Part shown: positions 26,496 to 35,747 of the stretch, one piece after another
How positions within the stretch are numbered: position 1 is the first letter of the stretch
Layout: each line of letters begins with the position of its first letter
Assembly: GCA_002747515.1 (NCBI GenBank)
Contig: PDPP01000016.1
Coordinates: 50,369 to 114,368 of the forward strand
From: Candidatus Moraniibacteriota bacterium
GTDB taxonomy: Bacteria > Patescibacteriota > Minisyncoccia > Moranbacterales > GCA-2747515
Reading direction: 5' to 3'
Length of the DNA: 64,000 nt
Notes under the pieces: generated by a model
What the model was told of the DNA's origin: nothing
What the model saw: the letters and a program-made list of their open reading frames with translations, nothing else
Database searches by the model: none
Position numbers and translations under genes: made by a program

Positions 26496-28448
26496 TTATA
26501 TGATGTGCACAGGATCAATATCAATACTCCATTTCGTATCGAGTGTCTTTAGATGAAAATCGAGTTCCTGTGGTAAAGTAGTATTTTCAATTTTGATAAT
26601 AATTTGCTTACGAAATTTTGTGCGTACTTTGTCAACGAGGGGAAAATGAGGTTCGGAAATAACAACATTTGATTTTGTGGATAATATTTTTTTTAAATCC
26701 TCGTACTCTTTTTCTGTAGATTCCTCAACGCTTTTTTTTGTAGTGTCTTTATGCATGAGTTTTATGAGTGTAGTGTATGGAGGATATTTTAATGTTTTTC
26801 GTAATGCACTCTCTTCTTTATGAAATCCATTAAAGTCATATTTTTGCGCATACTGTAATACAGGGTTTTCTGGTTCAAAGGTTTGCACGATTAATTTGCC
26901 ATGTGATGTGCGTAGTGCCATTTGGATTACAAATGAAAATGCACGTTCATTTGTCGTGTAATCCGGAAGACTGAGTAAGTGATCTGCGTCAATGATTGCT
27001 GTGAGTCCGATAGAATTAGTTTGCCAATCTTTTGTAATCATTTGTGTGCCGATAATCACATCAATATTACCTGCTAAAAAATCATCGTAAATCTTTTTTT
27101 GCGCGTGAGTTGCTCCCATAGTGGATGTGTCTACTACAGCAATTCTCGCGTGCAAGATTTGTTTCTTAAGTTCTTTTTGAATTCGTTCTGTACCAATGCC
27201 TACATGTTCCATAGGAGCGTTGCATTTTTGACATTTTTTTGATGATGAAAATTTTGCATTACAATGAATGCAAATATGTTTTTCTTTATTTTTTGCTATA
27301 AGTGCACGTGTACATTGTGGGCAGGTGGCTACGCTACGACATTTTGAACAGATGGAAAAAGCACTCATCCCCTGACGATTAACAAAAAGTAGAGCTTGCT
27401 TGTTGTTTTTAATACAATTTCGTATATGTGCCACAAGCGTACGTGAAAGAGGTGATTTATTTTTATCCCAGCGTTCTTTTTTCATGTCAACAATTTCAAT
27501 TGGGGGTTTTTGATGATTTATGTAATCAATATATTTTCTGTCATGATTTATATTTCTGTATGTAAAATCAATAGTTCGTGGCGTAACTGATGTAAGAATA
27601 TGTACACACTGATGAAGTGAAGCGAGTTCTTCTGATACTCTGCGTACATCATAAAGTGGTGCATGTTCCCACTGTTTGTGAGATATGTCATGTGCATCAT
27701 CGACAATCACAGCGCCAAGATTGGTAAATGGTGCAAATAATGCACTGCGTGTACCAATAATTATTTTGATATTTCCAGATCTGATGTCACACCATTTTTT
27801 ATAGAACATGCCTTTTGACAGTTTGCTATGCAAAATAGCTACTTCTTCAGCAGGAAAAAATTGGTGAATAAATGTAGTAAAATATGGTGTTTGAATAATC
27901 TCTGGAAGGAGATAAAGTGTTTGAGTGGAGTTTTCTGCATTTCTTTTTGCAAGAGAAAAAAGTGTGGATACTTTCTCTGATTGGCGTGTTGCGTGAAAAA
28001 AGAATTTTTTATCATCTGTATATAAAAATTTTTCAATAAAGCTTTCTTGCGTATTTGTTGTAATGATTTTTTTAAGTGATGTTTTTTGAGAAACAGGTTG
28101 TTCACGTCGTGTGCCAATTTTTTGTGGTGTAAAGTGTTTGAGGACGACGCCAAGAGGGCAATAATATTTTTTTGAAATAAAAAATGCAAGTTGCAATTGT
28201 TCTTTTGTGAGAAATTTTTCTTCGATGACCATTTTAATTTTTTTGATTTCAAAAGTGCTTTCACGTGGAAAATCTTTTGTATTTTTTGTGACGATGCCTT
28301 GGACATTTCTTTTGCCAATAGGAATTTCAACATGTGTGCCAGGTGCGAGTGGGCGAGAAAATGTATAAAAAAATGATTGATCACGCAGTAAAGTGATGCG
28401 TGTCAGCGGTGCAACTGATATGAGAAATTGTGTGCTTGTTTTTTGCAT
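26496..28448 (-). CDS. priA: primosomal protein N' (PriA) with degenerate Walker A/B motifs
   Basis: Twin C4 zinc-binding insertion (CSKCRSVATCPQC...CIHCNAKF...CQKCN) and LLPEI/VIVDDAHD helicase motifs; at the P-loop position the sequence reads HATRQSEKVS instead of GxxGSGKT. Confidence 0.85.
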   Translation of the reverse strand: MQKTSTQFLISVAPLTRITLLRDQSFFYTFSRPLAPGTHVEIPIGKRNVQGIVTKNTKDFPRESTFEIKKIKMVIEEKFLTKEQLQLAFFISKKYYCPLGVVLKHFTPQKIGTRREQPVSQKTSLKKIITTNTQESFIEKFLYTDDKKFFFHATRQSEKVSTLFSLAKRNAENSTQTLYLLPEIIQTPYFTTFIHQFFPAEEVAILHSKLSKGMFYKKWCDIRSGNIKIIIGTRSALFAPFTNLGAVIVDDAHDISHKQWEHAPLYDVRRVSEELASLHQCVHILTSVTPRTIDFTYRNINHDRKYIDYINHQKPPIEIVDMKKERWDKNKSPLSRTLVAHIRNCIKNNKQALLFVNRQGMSAFSICSKCRSVATCPQCTRALIAKNKEKHICIHCNAKFSSSKKCQKCNAPMEHVGIGTERIQKELKKQILHARIAVVDTSTMGATHAQKKIYDDFLAGNIDVIIGTQMITKDWQTNSIGLTAIIDADHLLSLPDYTTNERAFSFVIQMALRTSHGKLIVQTFEPENPVLQYAQKYDFNGFHKEESALRKTLKYPPYTTLIKLMHKDTTKKSVEESTEKEYEDLKKILSTKSNVVISEPHFPLVDKVRTKFRKQIIIKIENTTLPQELDFHLKTLDTKWSIDIDPVHII

Positions 28449-28596
28449 GTTTTGTATTGTAGCACATAAAAAAACTACTAAGAAAATTATTTCTTTAATG
28501 GTTTTTTATAAAAAAGGAGTAAATGTATGTAAGAATATAATTTAATTAATTTGTCAATTGTTTTTTTGCAAAAAATAGCGTAAAATAAGGAATAAT

Positions 28597-29184
28597 TTGA
28601 TTAGTGATAGATGTATTTATTTTATGCAGAGAAAGATTTTCATCGGCATTGATGTGGATGTGCATTTGAAAAAAGCGATTACACGATCAGTAAAGCAATG
28701 GAAGGATTTGCCAATCAAATGGCATAAAGAAGATAGTTTACATATCTCATTACTTTCACTTGGTTGGGTGAGGGAGGATGATGTTTTAGATGTGATTGCA
28801 GTGCTTGCTAGTTTTTGTATGGAACACGCCACTCCTTTTAGTGTAGACTTTGAAAAGATTGAGGCTGTTGCAAAAGATCCGAAAGAGCATGACATCACAA
28901 AAGCACAAATTGTTCGTCTCATTGGGAAAGAGAGTGATCAATTGTACAAATTATATGTTGACTTAGCAGAAATTTTGCATGTGCCAATTGAAAAGAAAAA
29001 AGCATTTAAACCACATATTGAAATTGGACGTATGCGTGCAAAAAAATGGCAAAATATATCTTCATACCCCGAAAAAGTGATTTCATTTCTATTAAATATG
29101 GATGTAAGTACCATTACGCTTTTTGAGTTTGCGCATATTGATGGGAAAAGGGAAGTGATGCCAATTGAGGTGTTTGAGCTGTAG
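28597..29184 (+). CDS. RNA 2',3'-cyclic phosphodiesterase / 2'-5' RNA ligase family (ThpR/LigT, 2H phosphoesterase)
   Basis: Two H-x-T/S-x motifs (LHISLLSLG and KPHIEIGRMR) in a ~190-aa protein. Confidence 0.6.
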   Translation: MISDRCIYFMQRKIFIGIDVDVHLKKAITRSVKQWKDLPIKWHKEDSLHISLLSLGWVREDDVLDVIAVLASFCMEHATPFSVDFEKIEAVAKDPKEHDITKAQIVRLIGKESDQLYKLYVDLAEILHVPIEKKKAFKPHIEIGRMRAKKWQNISSYPEKVISFLLNMDVSTITLFEFAHIDGKREVMPIEVFEL

Positions 29185-29196
29185 TAAGTTTATCAT

Positions 29197-29922
29197 TTGT
29201 CATTGAGTATGTCACAAAAAAATGATGTGTACGTTTTTGGTGTCAGTGTGAATAATGTCTCTTATGATATAATTTTAGAAACAATCACTCAATTTTTGAA
29301 AAGTTCTACATATCATCATATCGTCACACTTAATCCAGAAATTTTATTAAAAGCGTACAAATCTTTTCAGTACAAAAAAATATTAAATGACGCTGCTCTT
29401 GGTGTTGTAGATGGTATCGGATTGTATATTGCATTGTGGCGACGCGGTAAAAAACTGCACACACGTATTACAGGTGTAGATCTTATGCATGAAGTTTTGA
29501 AAAGAGTTGATGATTGCTCCGGAAAAGTATTTTTAGCAGCACATATAGATGGATTGAGTTCATGGACAGAAACAAAAAACAGTCTTGAGGTACGTTATCC
29601 CCATATTATATTTTCTGGAAATGATATTGATCCACGTGACGTAAATTATAATCATATTTCTGTTGATGTTATTTTATGCAATTTTGGTGCACCTGAACAG
29701 GAAATTTTTTTGAGCAAAATGCAAAATACAAATGCAAAAATTGGTATTGGTGTAGGTGGTGCATTTGATTTTGTTACAGGTGTTGTACCTCGAGCGCCAC
29801 GATGGATGCGTACATGGGGTCTAGAATGGCTTTATAGATTATATAAACAACCACGACGCTTTAAGAGAATTTATAATGCAGTTATTGTATTTCCACTGAA
29901 AGCATTGTGGAATAATAAATGA
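29197..29922 (+). CDS. WecB/TagA/CpsF family glycosyltransferase
   Basis: VVDGIGL ... GVGGAFDFVTGVVPRAPRWMRTWGLEWLYRLYKQPRR is the family signature. Confidence 0.75.
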   Translation: MSLSMSQKNDVYVFGVSVNNVSYDIILETITQFLKSSTYHHIVTLNPEILLKAYKSFQYKKILNDAALGVVDGIGLYIALWRRGKKLHTRITGVDLMHEVLKRVDDCSGKVFLAAHIDGLSSWTETKNSLEVRYPHIIFSGNDIDPRDVNYNHISVDVILCNFGAPEQEIFLSKMQNTNAKIGIGVGGAFDFVTGVVPRAPRWMRTWGLEWLYRLYKQPRRFKRIYNAVIVFPLKALWNNK

Positions 29923-31439
29923 TAAATAATATAAAGATTATGGCAGAAGAAAAAAAAGATGTTCGTGTACGTTTTGCACCATCGCCAACAGGAGAATTGC
30001 ATATTGGTGGTTTGCGTACAGCACTTACAAATTATCTTTTTGCAAAGAAAAATAATGGCACATTTATTTTGCGAAGTGAAGATACTGATCAGGGACGTTT
30101 TGTAGATGGTGCAGCAAAAAGACAAATTATAGATATGGTGTGGTCTGGCATCACTATTGATGAAGGTGTTGTAATTGATGATAATGGTGATTTAACAGAA
30201 ATTGGTGAATATGGACCATATATACAATCAAAACGTCTTGATATTTATAAAAAATATGTAGAACAACTTCTTGATGAAAAAAAAGCATATCATTGTTTTT
30301 GCACACCGGAGCGCTTACAAGAAATGCGACAAAACCAACAAGCAAATAAAAAAGCGCCAAAATATGATCGCCATTGCTTACATTTCTCAGAAGATGAGGT
30401 GCAAAAACGAATTGAAAGAGGAGAAAAATATGTTGTACGATTTAAGATTCCAGAAGGGAAGACGGCCTTTGATGATTTGGTATACGGGCACATTGTAGTG
30501 GAAAATGATACGCTTGATGATCAAGTAATTATGAAGTCAGATGGATTTCCGACATATCATCTCGCAGTTGTGATAGATGATTATTTGATGAAGATTTCGC
30601 ATGTTTTTAGAGGTGCTGAGTGGATTGCAAGTACACCAAAACACATTTTGCTTTATCAGGCGCTAGGATGGGCAGAAGAAACACCAATCTTTTGTCATAT
30701 GGCAAATATCCTTGATAAAAGCAAAAAGAAACTGTCAAAACGCGACGGTAGTGTGTCAGTAGCAGATTTTCGTAAAGAAGGATATTCTAAGCAAGCCATT
30801 ATCAATTTCATTGCACTTTTGGGCTGGAATCCAAAAACAGAACAAGAGATTTTTAACATGGATGAACTGATCGCACAATTTGATACAGAGAAAATGAACA
30901 AAGCAGGTGGCGTTTTTGATCGTGACCGACTTGCATGGATATCAAAAGAACATATGAAAAAAATGTCTGTTGATGAAATTTATGAAAATGCATTGCCATT
31001 TTTACAAGAAAAAGAATTCTATAAAAATGCATCTGAAGAACAAAAATCAGAAGAGTATATTAAAAAACTTATTACAGTAGAACACGATCGTTTAGAAAAA
31101 TTCACTGACATTGGTGAAGAAAATCAATTTTTCTTTGCACAAGAAATTGTATGTGACAAAGAACTTGTACGCTGGAAAGAAAACAGTGATGCAAAAACAC
31201 AGGAAGCACTGGAAAATGCAAAAGAAGTGTTGTCACACATTGATGAAAATGATTGGACACGTGAGATGCTCGAGAAAAAACTCATGGAAGCAGCAGGTGA
31301 AAAACGCGGAGATTTCCTCTGGCCACTACGCGTTGCACTCACAGGAGAAAAACGCTCACCAAGCCCATTTGACTGCGCATGGGTGCTCGGGAAAGATGAA
31401 ACACTACAACGCATAAAAAACACGTTGCATATAATATAA
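29919..31439 (+). CDS. gltX: glutamyl-tRNA synthetase
   Basis: RFAPSPTGELHIGGLRTAL (HIGH) and KLSKRDGS (KMSKS); 506 aa. Confidence 0.92.
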   Translation: MINNIKIMAEEKKDVRVRFAPSPTGELHIGGLRTALTNYLFAKKNNGTFILRSEDTDQGRFVDGAAKRQIIDMVWSGITIDEGVVIDDNGDLTEIGEYGPYIQSKRLDIYKKYVEQLLDEKKAYHCFCTPERLQEMRQNQQANKKAPKYDRHCLHFSEDEVQKRIERGEKYVVRFKIPEGKTAFDDLVYGHIVVENDTLDDQVIMKSDGFPTYHLAVVIDDYLMKISHVFRGAEWIASTPKHILLYQALGWAEETPIFCHMANILDKSKKKLSKRDGSVSVADFRKEGYSKQAIINFIALLGWNPKTEQEIFNMDELIAQFDTEKMNKAGGVFDRDRLAWISKEHMKKMSVDEIYENALPFLQEKEFYKNASEEQKSEEYIKKLITVEHDRLEKFTDIGEENQFFFAQEIVCDKELVRWKENSDAKTQEALENAKEVLSHIDENDWTREMLEKKLMEAAGEKRGDFLWPLRVALTGEKRSPSPFDCAWVLGKDETLQRIKNTLHII

Positions 31440-31662
31440 GACAACATATGTATATACCATCTTTTGAAAAACTAGTATCACAAAACGAGGTATATCAAAA
31501 AAACTTTGATCAATTTGCAAATGAAAGTGACGTTTTTAATGTATTTGCACAATTATATTTTTAAACCTACTTTTTATTGCACAGCTAATTTGCAAAACAT
31601 ATGGTAAAAATGCTTTTGTGAAAGATATCATATCAGGTTTGGTTCGACGCCTCTAAATACAT

Positions 31663-31693
31663 ACACTACGTAGTATAGTAGTGTGTGGTTTTT
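31663..31693 (+). terminator. orphan intrinsic terminator-like hairpin
   Basis: acactac gtagtata gtagtgt followed by gtgg ttttt; ~230 nt downstream of gltX with no ORF in between. Confidence 0.35.
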
Positions 31694-31990
31694 ATTTGGA
31701 AGTATTTGATTTTGTCACAATGTGTTATGGATATCGTTGGATATTTTGACGTGTGAGTTTTAGACTGTGTGAGGGTGTGCAGAATGTACGATTTCTCTTG
31801 GATATAATGTGCTTATGAATAAAAAGATTTCTTCTTATTTATAAAAAATCTGAAGCACAGAGATTGTGGTAGATGTCATCAATAATATCTTTGTGGTAAA
31901 GCAAAACCGCTCTTGTAATTGCCTATGGAGAGATCTCTGGGTTATCAATATTATGATGTTTTCAGCACGCTCCATGTGAAAAAATGCGTA

Positions 31991-32344
31991 TTAGTTCACT
32001 TTTCGAAATGCGACGCTATATGTTGGCTCATAAAGATTATCATATTCATCACGTACTTCTACAGTTTCACCATCCATCATTGTTGAAAGAGAAATGTCTG
32101 ACATCATTTCTTGGAGAGATTTTATTTCACCTTTGAGTTCTTCAAGTTTTTCCCAACGCATGCCCATATCACGTTGTGCACTAAGCTCATGTTGTTTTTT
32201 AATTTCTCGAAGATCATGTAATTTTTCTATAATTTCTTGATATTTTACATCTTGTACTAAGACGTCTTTATATTCTTTGCGAATTTCTTTCATTTCCTTT
32301 TTTGCCTCTTGCATTTCATTAAAAACTTCTTGCACATCTTTCAT
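31991..32344 (-). CDS. coiled-coil hypothetical protein
   Basis: 117 aa, K/E-rich heptad-like N-terminal region, short beta-rich C-terminus; no family. Confidence 0.4.
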   Translation of the reverse strand: MKDVQEVFNEMQEAKKEMKEIRKEYKDVLVQDVKYQEIIEKLHDLREIKKQHELSAQRDMGMRWEKLEELKGEIKSLQEMMSDISLSTMMDGETVEVRDEYDNLYEPTYSVAFRKVN

Positions 32345-32517
32345 ATATTTTTTAATTAGTATTTATATATACAAAAAATATTATAGCACATAACTGTAGG
32401 GGAGTGGATACTTTAATAAAAAAAAGAGTAATAATATTTTTTTAGAAATTACCGCAAAGTATATATATCATTGTATACAGGACTTTTTATTTTGTAAAAA
32501 TAATTGTAATAATTTTT

Positions 32518-32531
32518 TTATGTCGCACAAT
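32518..32531 (+). repeat. half-site copy (ttatgtcgcacaat) of the dif-like arm
   Basis: Exact 14-mer shared with the copy at 32793 and with both arms of the 33078-33105 palindrome. Confidence 0.6.
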
Positions 32532-32792
32532 ATAAGTAGTATATTTTTCAATTTAATAAGGGGAATATGTGTATAATATAAAATGTAAAAAATATTTGTA
32601 ATATATAGTATTTGTTAAAAACAAAAAAAATTTAAAATAAATTTATGATGAAAATTTTTTATGATGCAAGTCAAAAAATAATAAATTTTTATAAAAAACG
32701 CAATATATTGATATATAAATATACAAATAATAAAATAAGCACAATAAGTTGTAATTTTTCGCATACTATAAGGTATAAATATATTACTTATT

Positions 32793-32806
32793 TTATGTCG
32801 CACAAT
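32793..32806 (+). repeat. half-site copy (ttatgtcgcacaat) of the dif-like arm
   Basis: Same 14-mer, 275 bp from the first copy and 283 bp from the palindrome. Confidence 0.6.
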
Positions 32807-33077
32807 GTATCATCTCTTTTTTAAAGAATGATGGAAAGTTATAACACATATTATCAATCATATAACCTTAACACAAACGGTAAGATCCTAAAATAAGTTT
32901 AGGATGAAAAAAAATGTCTTTGGTTTTATATTATAAAATAGTATTAATTGATTATCATAATGAAAAATGATTATTGATTATACGATAAAAAACAAAGCTA
33001 GGTATCTATACTATATGTAGTAATAAAAACTTAATAAAACACTGTAATATACAAGGTATAGTTGTATATTATATGTT

Positions 33078-33105
33078 ATGTCGCATAATATACATTGTGC
33101 GACAT
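33078..33105. repeat. dif-like Xer recombination site (11-bp arm / 6-bp centre / 11-bp arm palindrome)
   Basis: atgtcgcataa-tataca-ttgtgcgacat. The reverse complement gives ATGTCGCACAA-TGTATA-TTATGCGACAT against E. coli dif GGTGCGCATAA-TGTATA-TTATGTTAAAT: identical central TGTATA and ~20/28 identities overall. It sits in a 1.1-kb AT-rich gene desert at the gene-orientation switch. Confidence 0.55.
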
Positions 33106-33450
33106 ATTATATAAAAATATAATATTTCCCATTTTTCTCTCATTATTACATATATAAAAAATACTTTCGTCTGTACATTTATATAAAAAAGGTGCTCTAC
33201 TACGAAGAAGCTTACATTGTGTCTACACGGTATAATTATGCATTTTATCAACATTGTAGATATACACGCATATATTCAAAAAATTTTTTCTTTTTTTCAT
33301 AAATTTTTCTTTTTCATTTTTATATTGAATAGTAATTTATTTTTTTCAGTATAAAATAGGTGATTAACTCAAAAATTGTTCTCACTTCCCTTTTAGAAAT
33401 TTATACTAAAAAAGACCACTATGCATTATAGCGATCTTTATTCTGAAAAA

Positions 33451-33882
33451 TTATTTTTCAGGTATTTTTTTGCAAAAAAATGTTGTGTTAACTTTAGCGA
33501 ATCCATATTTTTTGTACAGTCCTTGTGCAGCTGCACGGGATTCATGACTTGTTAATTCAACTTGATTTGTTCGAGGATGTCTCATAGCCGCTTCTAGAAG
33601 TTCTTTCATCAATTTATCTCCATAACCATTACCACGTTCATCCTCGTGTACGACAATGTCATTTAATACTGTAATCCAACCGCGTGATTGTGCATAGTAT
33701 TTTGAAAGAGATCCATAAGCAATGATCTTTCCGCTTTTTTCCCCGACAAGACAAAGAATGGGCAACTTTCTCAATTCTTCGACAGTTTTTAATAAACATG
33801 CGTTTGGAGAAAGCTGCTTTAATAACTCATTAATTTCGTCACAAAAATCATCGTCATTGAGTAATCTAATCTTCACTTTCAA
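33451..33882 (-). CDS. GNAT family N-acetyltransferase
   Basis: VHEDERGNGYGDKLMKEL acetyl-CoA binding motif. Confidence 0.75.
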   Translation of the reverse strand: MKVKIRLLNDDDFCDEINELLKQLSPNACLLKTVEELRKLPILCLVGEKSGKIIAYGSLSKYYAQSRGWITVLNDIVVHEDERGNGYGDKLMKELLEAAMRHPRTNQVELTSHESRAAAQGLYKKYGFAKVNTTFFCKKIPEK

Positions 33883-33951
33883 TCCTCCTTTTTGTTAAAT
33901 AATATTTTACAGTAGGATCATATTCTAACATAATGTCAGTACACATGCAAT

Positions 33952-33980
33952 AAAAATCATCTTTTTAAAAGATGATTTTT
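33952..33980. terminator. palindromic terminator after pyrH
   Basis: aaaaatcatctttt aaaagatgattttt. Confidence 0.5.
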
Positions 33981-34015
33981 ACACACTGCCCTACTTTGTA
34001 AATAAACAGGGAAGT

Positions 34016-34726
34016 TTAGTTACTTTTGATAAGAGTACCTTCAAATTTTTCATCATTAAGATACGCTTTGAGGTTTTCTAAATTAGTGCCTTTTAAAGTG
34101 ACTACCTCAATGTCTTCTTTTTCAGCAAATTTAGCAGCAACTGGATCAAATGGCACATTCATACCAGGTGTCCATTTATCTGCATGTGTCATTTCACGAT
34201 ATTCCGCCCATGACAACTCTTCAATTTTTTTTGCATCAGGAAATTCTTGTGGATCTTTATCATAAATATAGTCAATGTTTGACAGATTTACAACTTTTTT
34301 AATGCCAAGGTAACGTGTTAATAATGCAGTATCATAATCAGTGGAAAAACCAGGTTTCCAACCAGCAGCAATCATGATTGGTTGTGTGCACTGATGAAAG
34401 TCTTCTAAATCATGAGGGTTTGTATTGATGCGTGGATGTGCATGATCGCGAAAAATTGTACGAATAAGATGCGCATTCATACGTGTTGCATGAATACCAA
34501 GCCAGTCTTTATCTTCATCATTTACTTCTTCGCAAATTGTACCAGCAGCTTCCGCATAACGTCGTGCTGTCTTACCGCCACCAGTAATAAAAACAAAACG
34601 TTGTTCTTTTGCTTTGATTTGTTCAAGAATTAGAGTACGAAATTCTTTTAGAAAATCAACGTTAATATCATTTGGCACAATGAGAGAACCGCCAAGATTT
34701 ACAATAAATGTTTTTTTTGCATCCAT
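34016..34726 (-). CDS. pyrH: UMP kinase, archaeal-type (amino-acid kinase family)
   Basis: FIVNLGGSLIVPNDINVDFLKEF...VFITGGGKTARRY closely follows the archaeal PyrH pattern (IGGSVL..P....D..FI ... VVGGGKLAR.Y); about 235 aa, shorter than bacterial PyrH. Confidence 0.65.
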   Translation of the reverse strand: MDAKKTFIVNLGGSLIVPNDINVDFLKEFRTLILEQIKAKEQRFVFITGGGKTARRYAEAAGTICEEVNDEDKDWLGIHATRMNAHLIRTIFRDHAHPRINTNPHDLEDFHQCTQPIMIAAGWKPGFSTDYDTALLTRYLGIKKVVNLSNIDYIYDKDPQEFPDAKKIEELSWAEYREMTHADKWTPGMNVPFDPVAAKFAEKEDIEVVTLKGTNLENLKAYLNDEKFEGTLIKSN

Positions 34727-34761
34727 AATTAATTATATATAATTACATATTACTTATAGAA

Positions 34762-35139
34762 TTATTTACATGATGTTGATTTTTGATAACCTTTTTGTAT
34801 TGCATCATTATCTGATATGAAACAGCGAAGGTTTTCTTTTGCAATTTTTTTGGCATATGTACATGATGGCGGATAATATTTTTTGCCTTTTATACTGCCA
34901 ACATATTTACAATTCTTTTTTGTTGTAGCCTCCTCCCCTTCCTCTTCAGTAGTGCAGGGAAGCATGAGTGGTTCTGTTTGTGGATACATTACAGTAATTG
35001 GATCAATTGATAGTCCCCTTCCCTGTAACACCCCAAAAACAAAGCATAGTCCACCAACTACAATCAGCCCTCCTCCATACACCACGTGTTTTTCGTGTAG
35101 TGTAATCCATGAGATTACACGAGAAAACATTCTTTTCAT
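34762..35139 (-). CDS. membrane-anchored protein with Ada-type Zn-binding (PF02805-like) domain
   Basis: GSIKGKKYYPPSCTYAKKIAKENLRCFISDNDAIQKGYQKSTSC fits KYH-P-C-...-N-.-F-S-.-EA-.-GY-.-C. Confidence 0.5.
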   Translation of the reverse strand: MKRMFSRVISWITLHEKHVVYGGGLIVVGGLCFVFGVLQGRGLSIDPITVMYPQTEPLMLPCTTEEEGEEATTKKNCKYVGSIKGKKYYPPSCTYAKKIAKENLRCFISDNDAIQKGYQKSTSCK

Positions 35140-35143
35140 ATCA

Positions 35144-35172
35144 TTGACAACATCTGACTTATTAGCTATACT
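35144..35172 (+). promoter_or_regulatory. sigma70-like promoter for rpmA (TTGACA-17-TATACT)
   Basis: ttgaca at 35144-35149, tatact at 35167-35172. Confidence 0.55.
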
Positions 35173-35227
35173 AGCACAGTATATAAATTTGTAAAAGATT
35201 TATCATTTTTACTAGTAATATCTAATT

Positions 35228-35506
35228 ATGGCACATAGAAAAGCCGGCGGTTCTACAAGACTTGGCCGTGATTCGATATCAAAACGTCTTGGAGTGAAAA
35301 TCTATGGTTCACAAAAAGTAAATGCAGGGAATATTATCGTCCGTCAACGTGGTACAAAAATTCACCCAGCGACAAATGTAGATCGTGGAGAAGATGATAC
35401 ACTCTATGCAAAAAAATCTGGCATTGTACGATTTTTTGACAAAAAAGTATACAATTTTACAGGGAAATTGACAAAACGCAAATATGTAGAAGTTGTAACT
35501 GAATAG
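35228..35506 (+). CDS. rpmA: 50S ribosomal protein L27
   Basis: [16 protein letters not shown]...[15 protein letters not shown]. Confidence 0.92.
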   Translation: MAHRKAGGSTRLGRDSISKRLGVKIYGSQKVNAGNIIVRQRGTKIHPATNVDRGEDDTLYAKKSGIVRFFDKKVYNFTGKLTKRKYVEVVTE

Positions 35507-35530
35507 TTTTTTACATAGAAAACATTTTTA

Positions 35531-35559
35531 AAAACACCTTTTATAAAGGGTGTTTTTTA
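35531..35559 (+). terminator. intrinsic terminator after rpmA
   Basis: acaccttt tata aaagggtgt followed by tttttt. Confidence 0.65.
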
Positions 35560-35747
35560 TCGTGTAAAAAGGATAAAAATAATAATTTTATAAATTAAGA
35601 TTATCTACAAATTGAATGTAACTTTCCCGAATCCTTAATTTGTTTTTAAAAGTTACAGATAAATCTTATGCTCGTATTTATATAATAAAATAGCACAACT
35701 CTTTTTTGAGTTGTGCTATATGACATATTGGAATATATTATCAATAT

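Noticed and set aside
31630-31660. tRNA-like T-arm motif ggttcgacgcc
   Set aside because: There is no acceptor stem, D-arm or anticodon arm. GTTCGA alone is insufficient.
32615-33254. Track ORFs 32615..32803 and 33069..33254 in the AT-rich desert
   Set aside because: Both are low-complexity I/F/Y/K-rich translations of AT-rich DNA with no RBS, and they overlap the repeat motifs.
32345-33450. CRISPR array or tandem satellite
   Set aside because: Only 3-4 copies of a 14-mer are present, with ~280-bp non-similar spacers. There are no cas genes and no regular short repeat-spacer periodicity.
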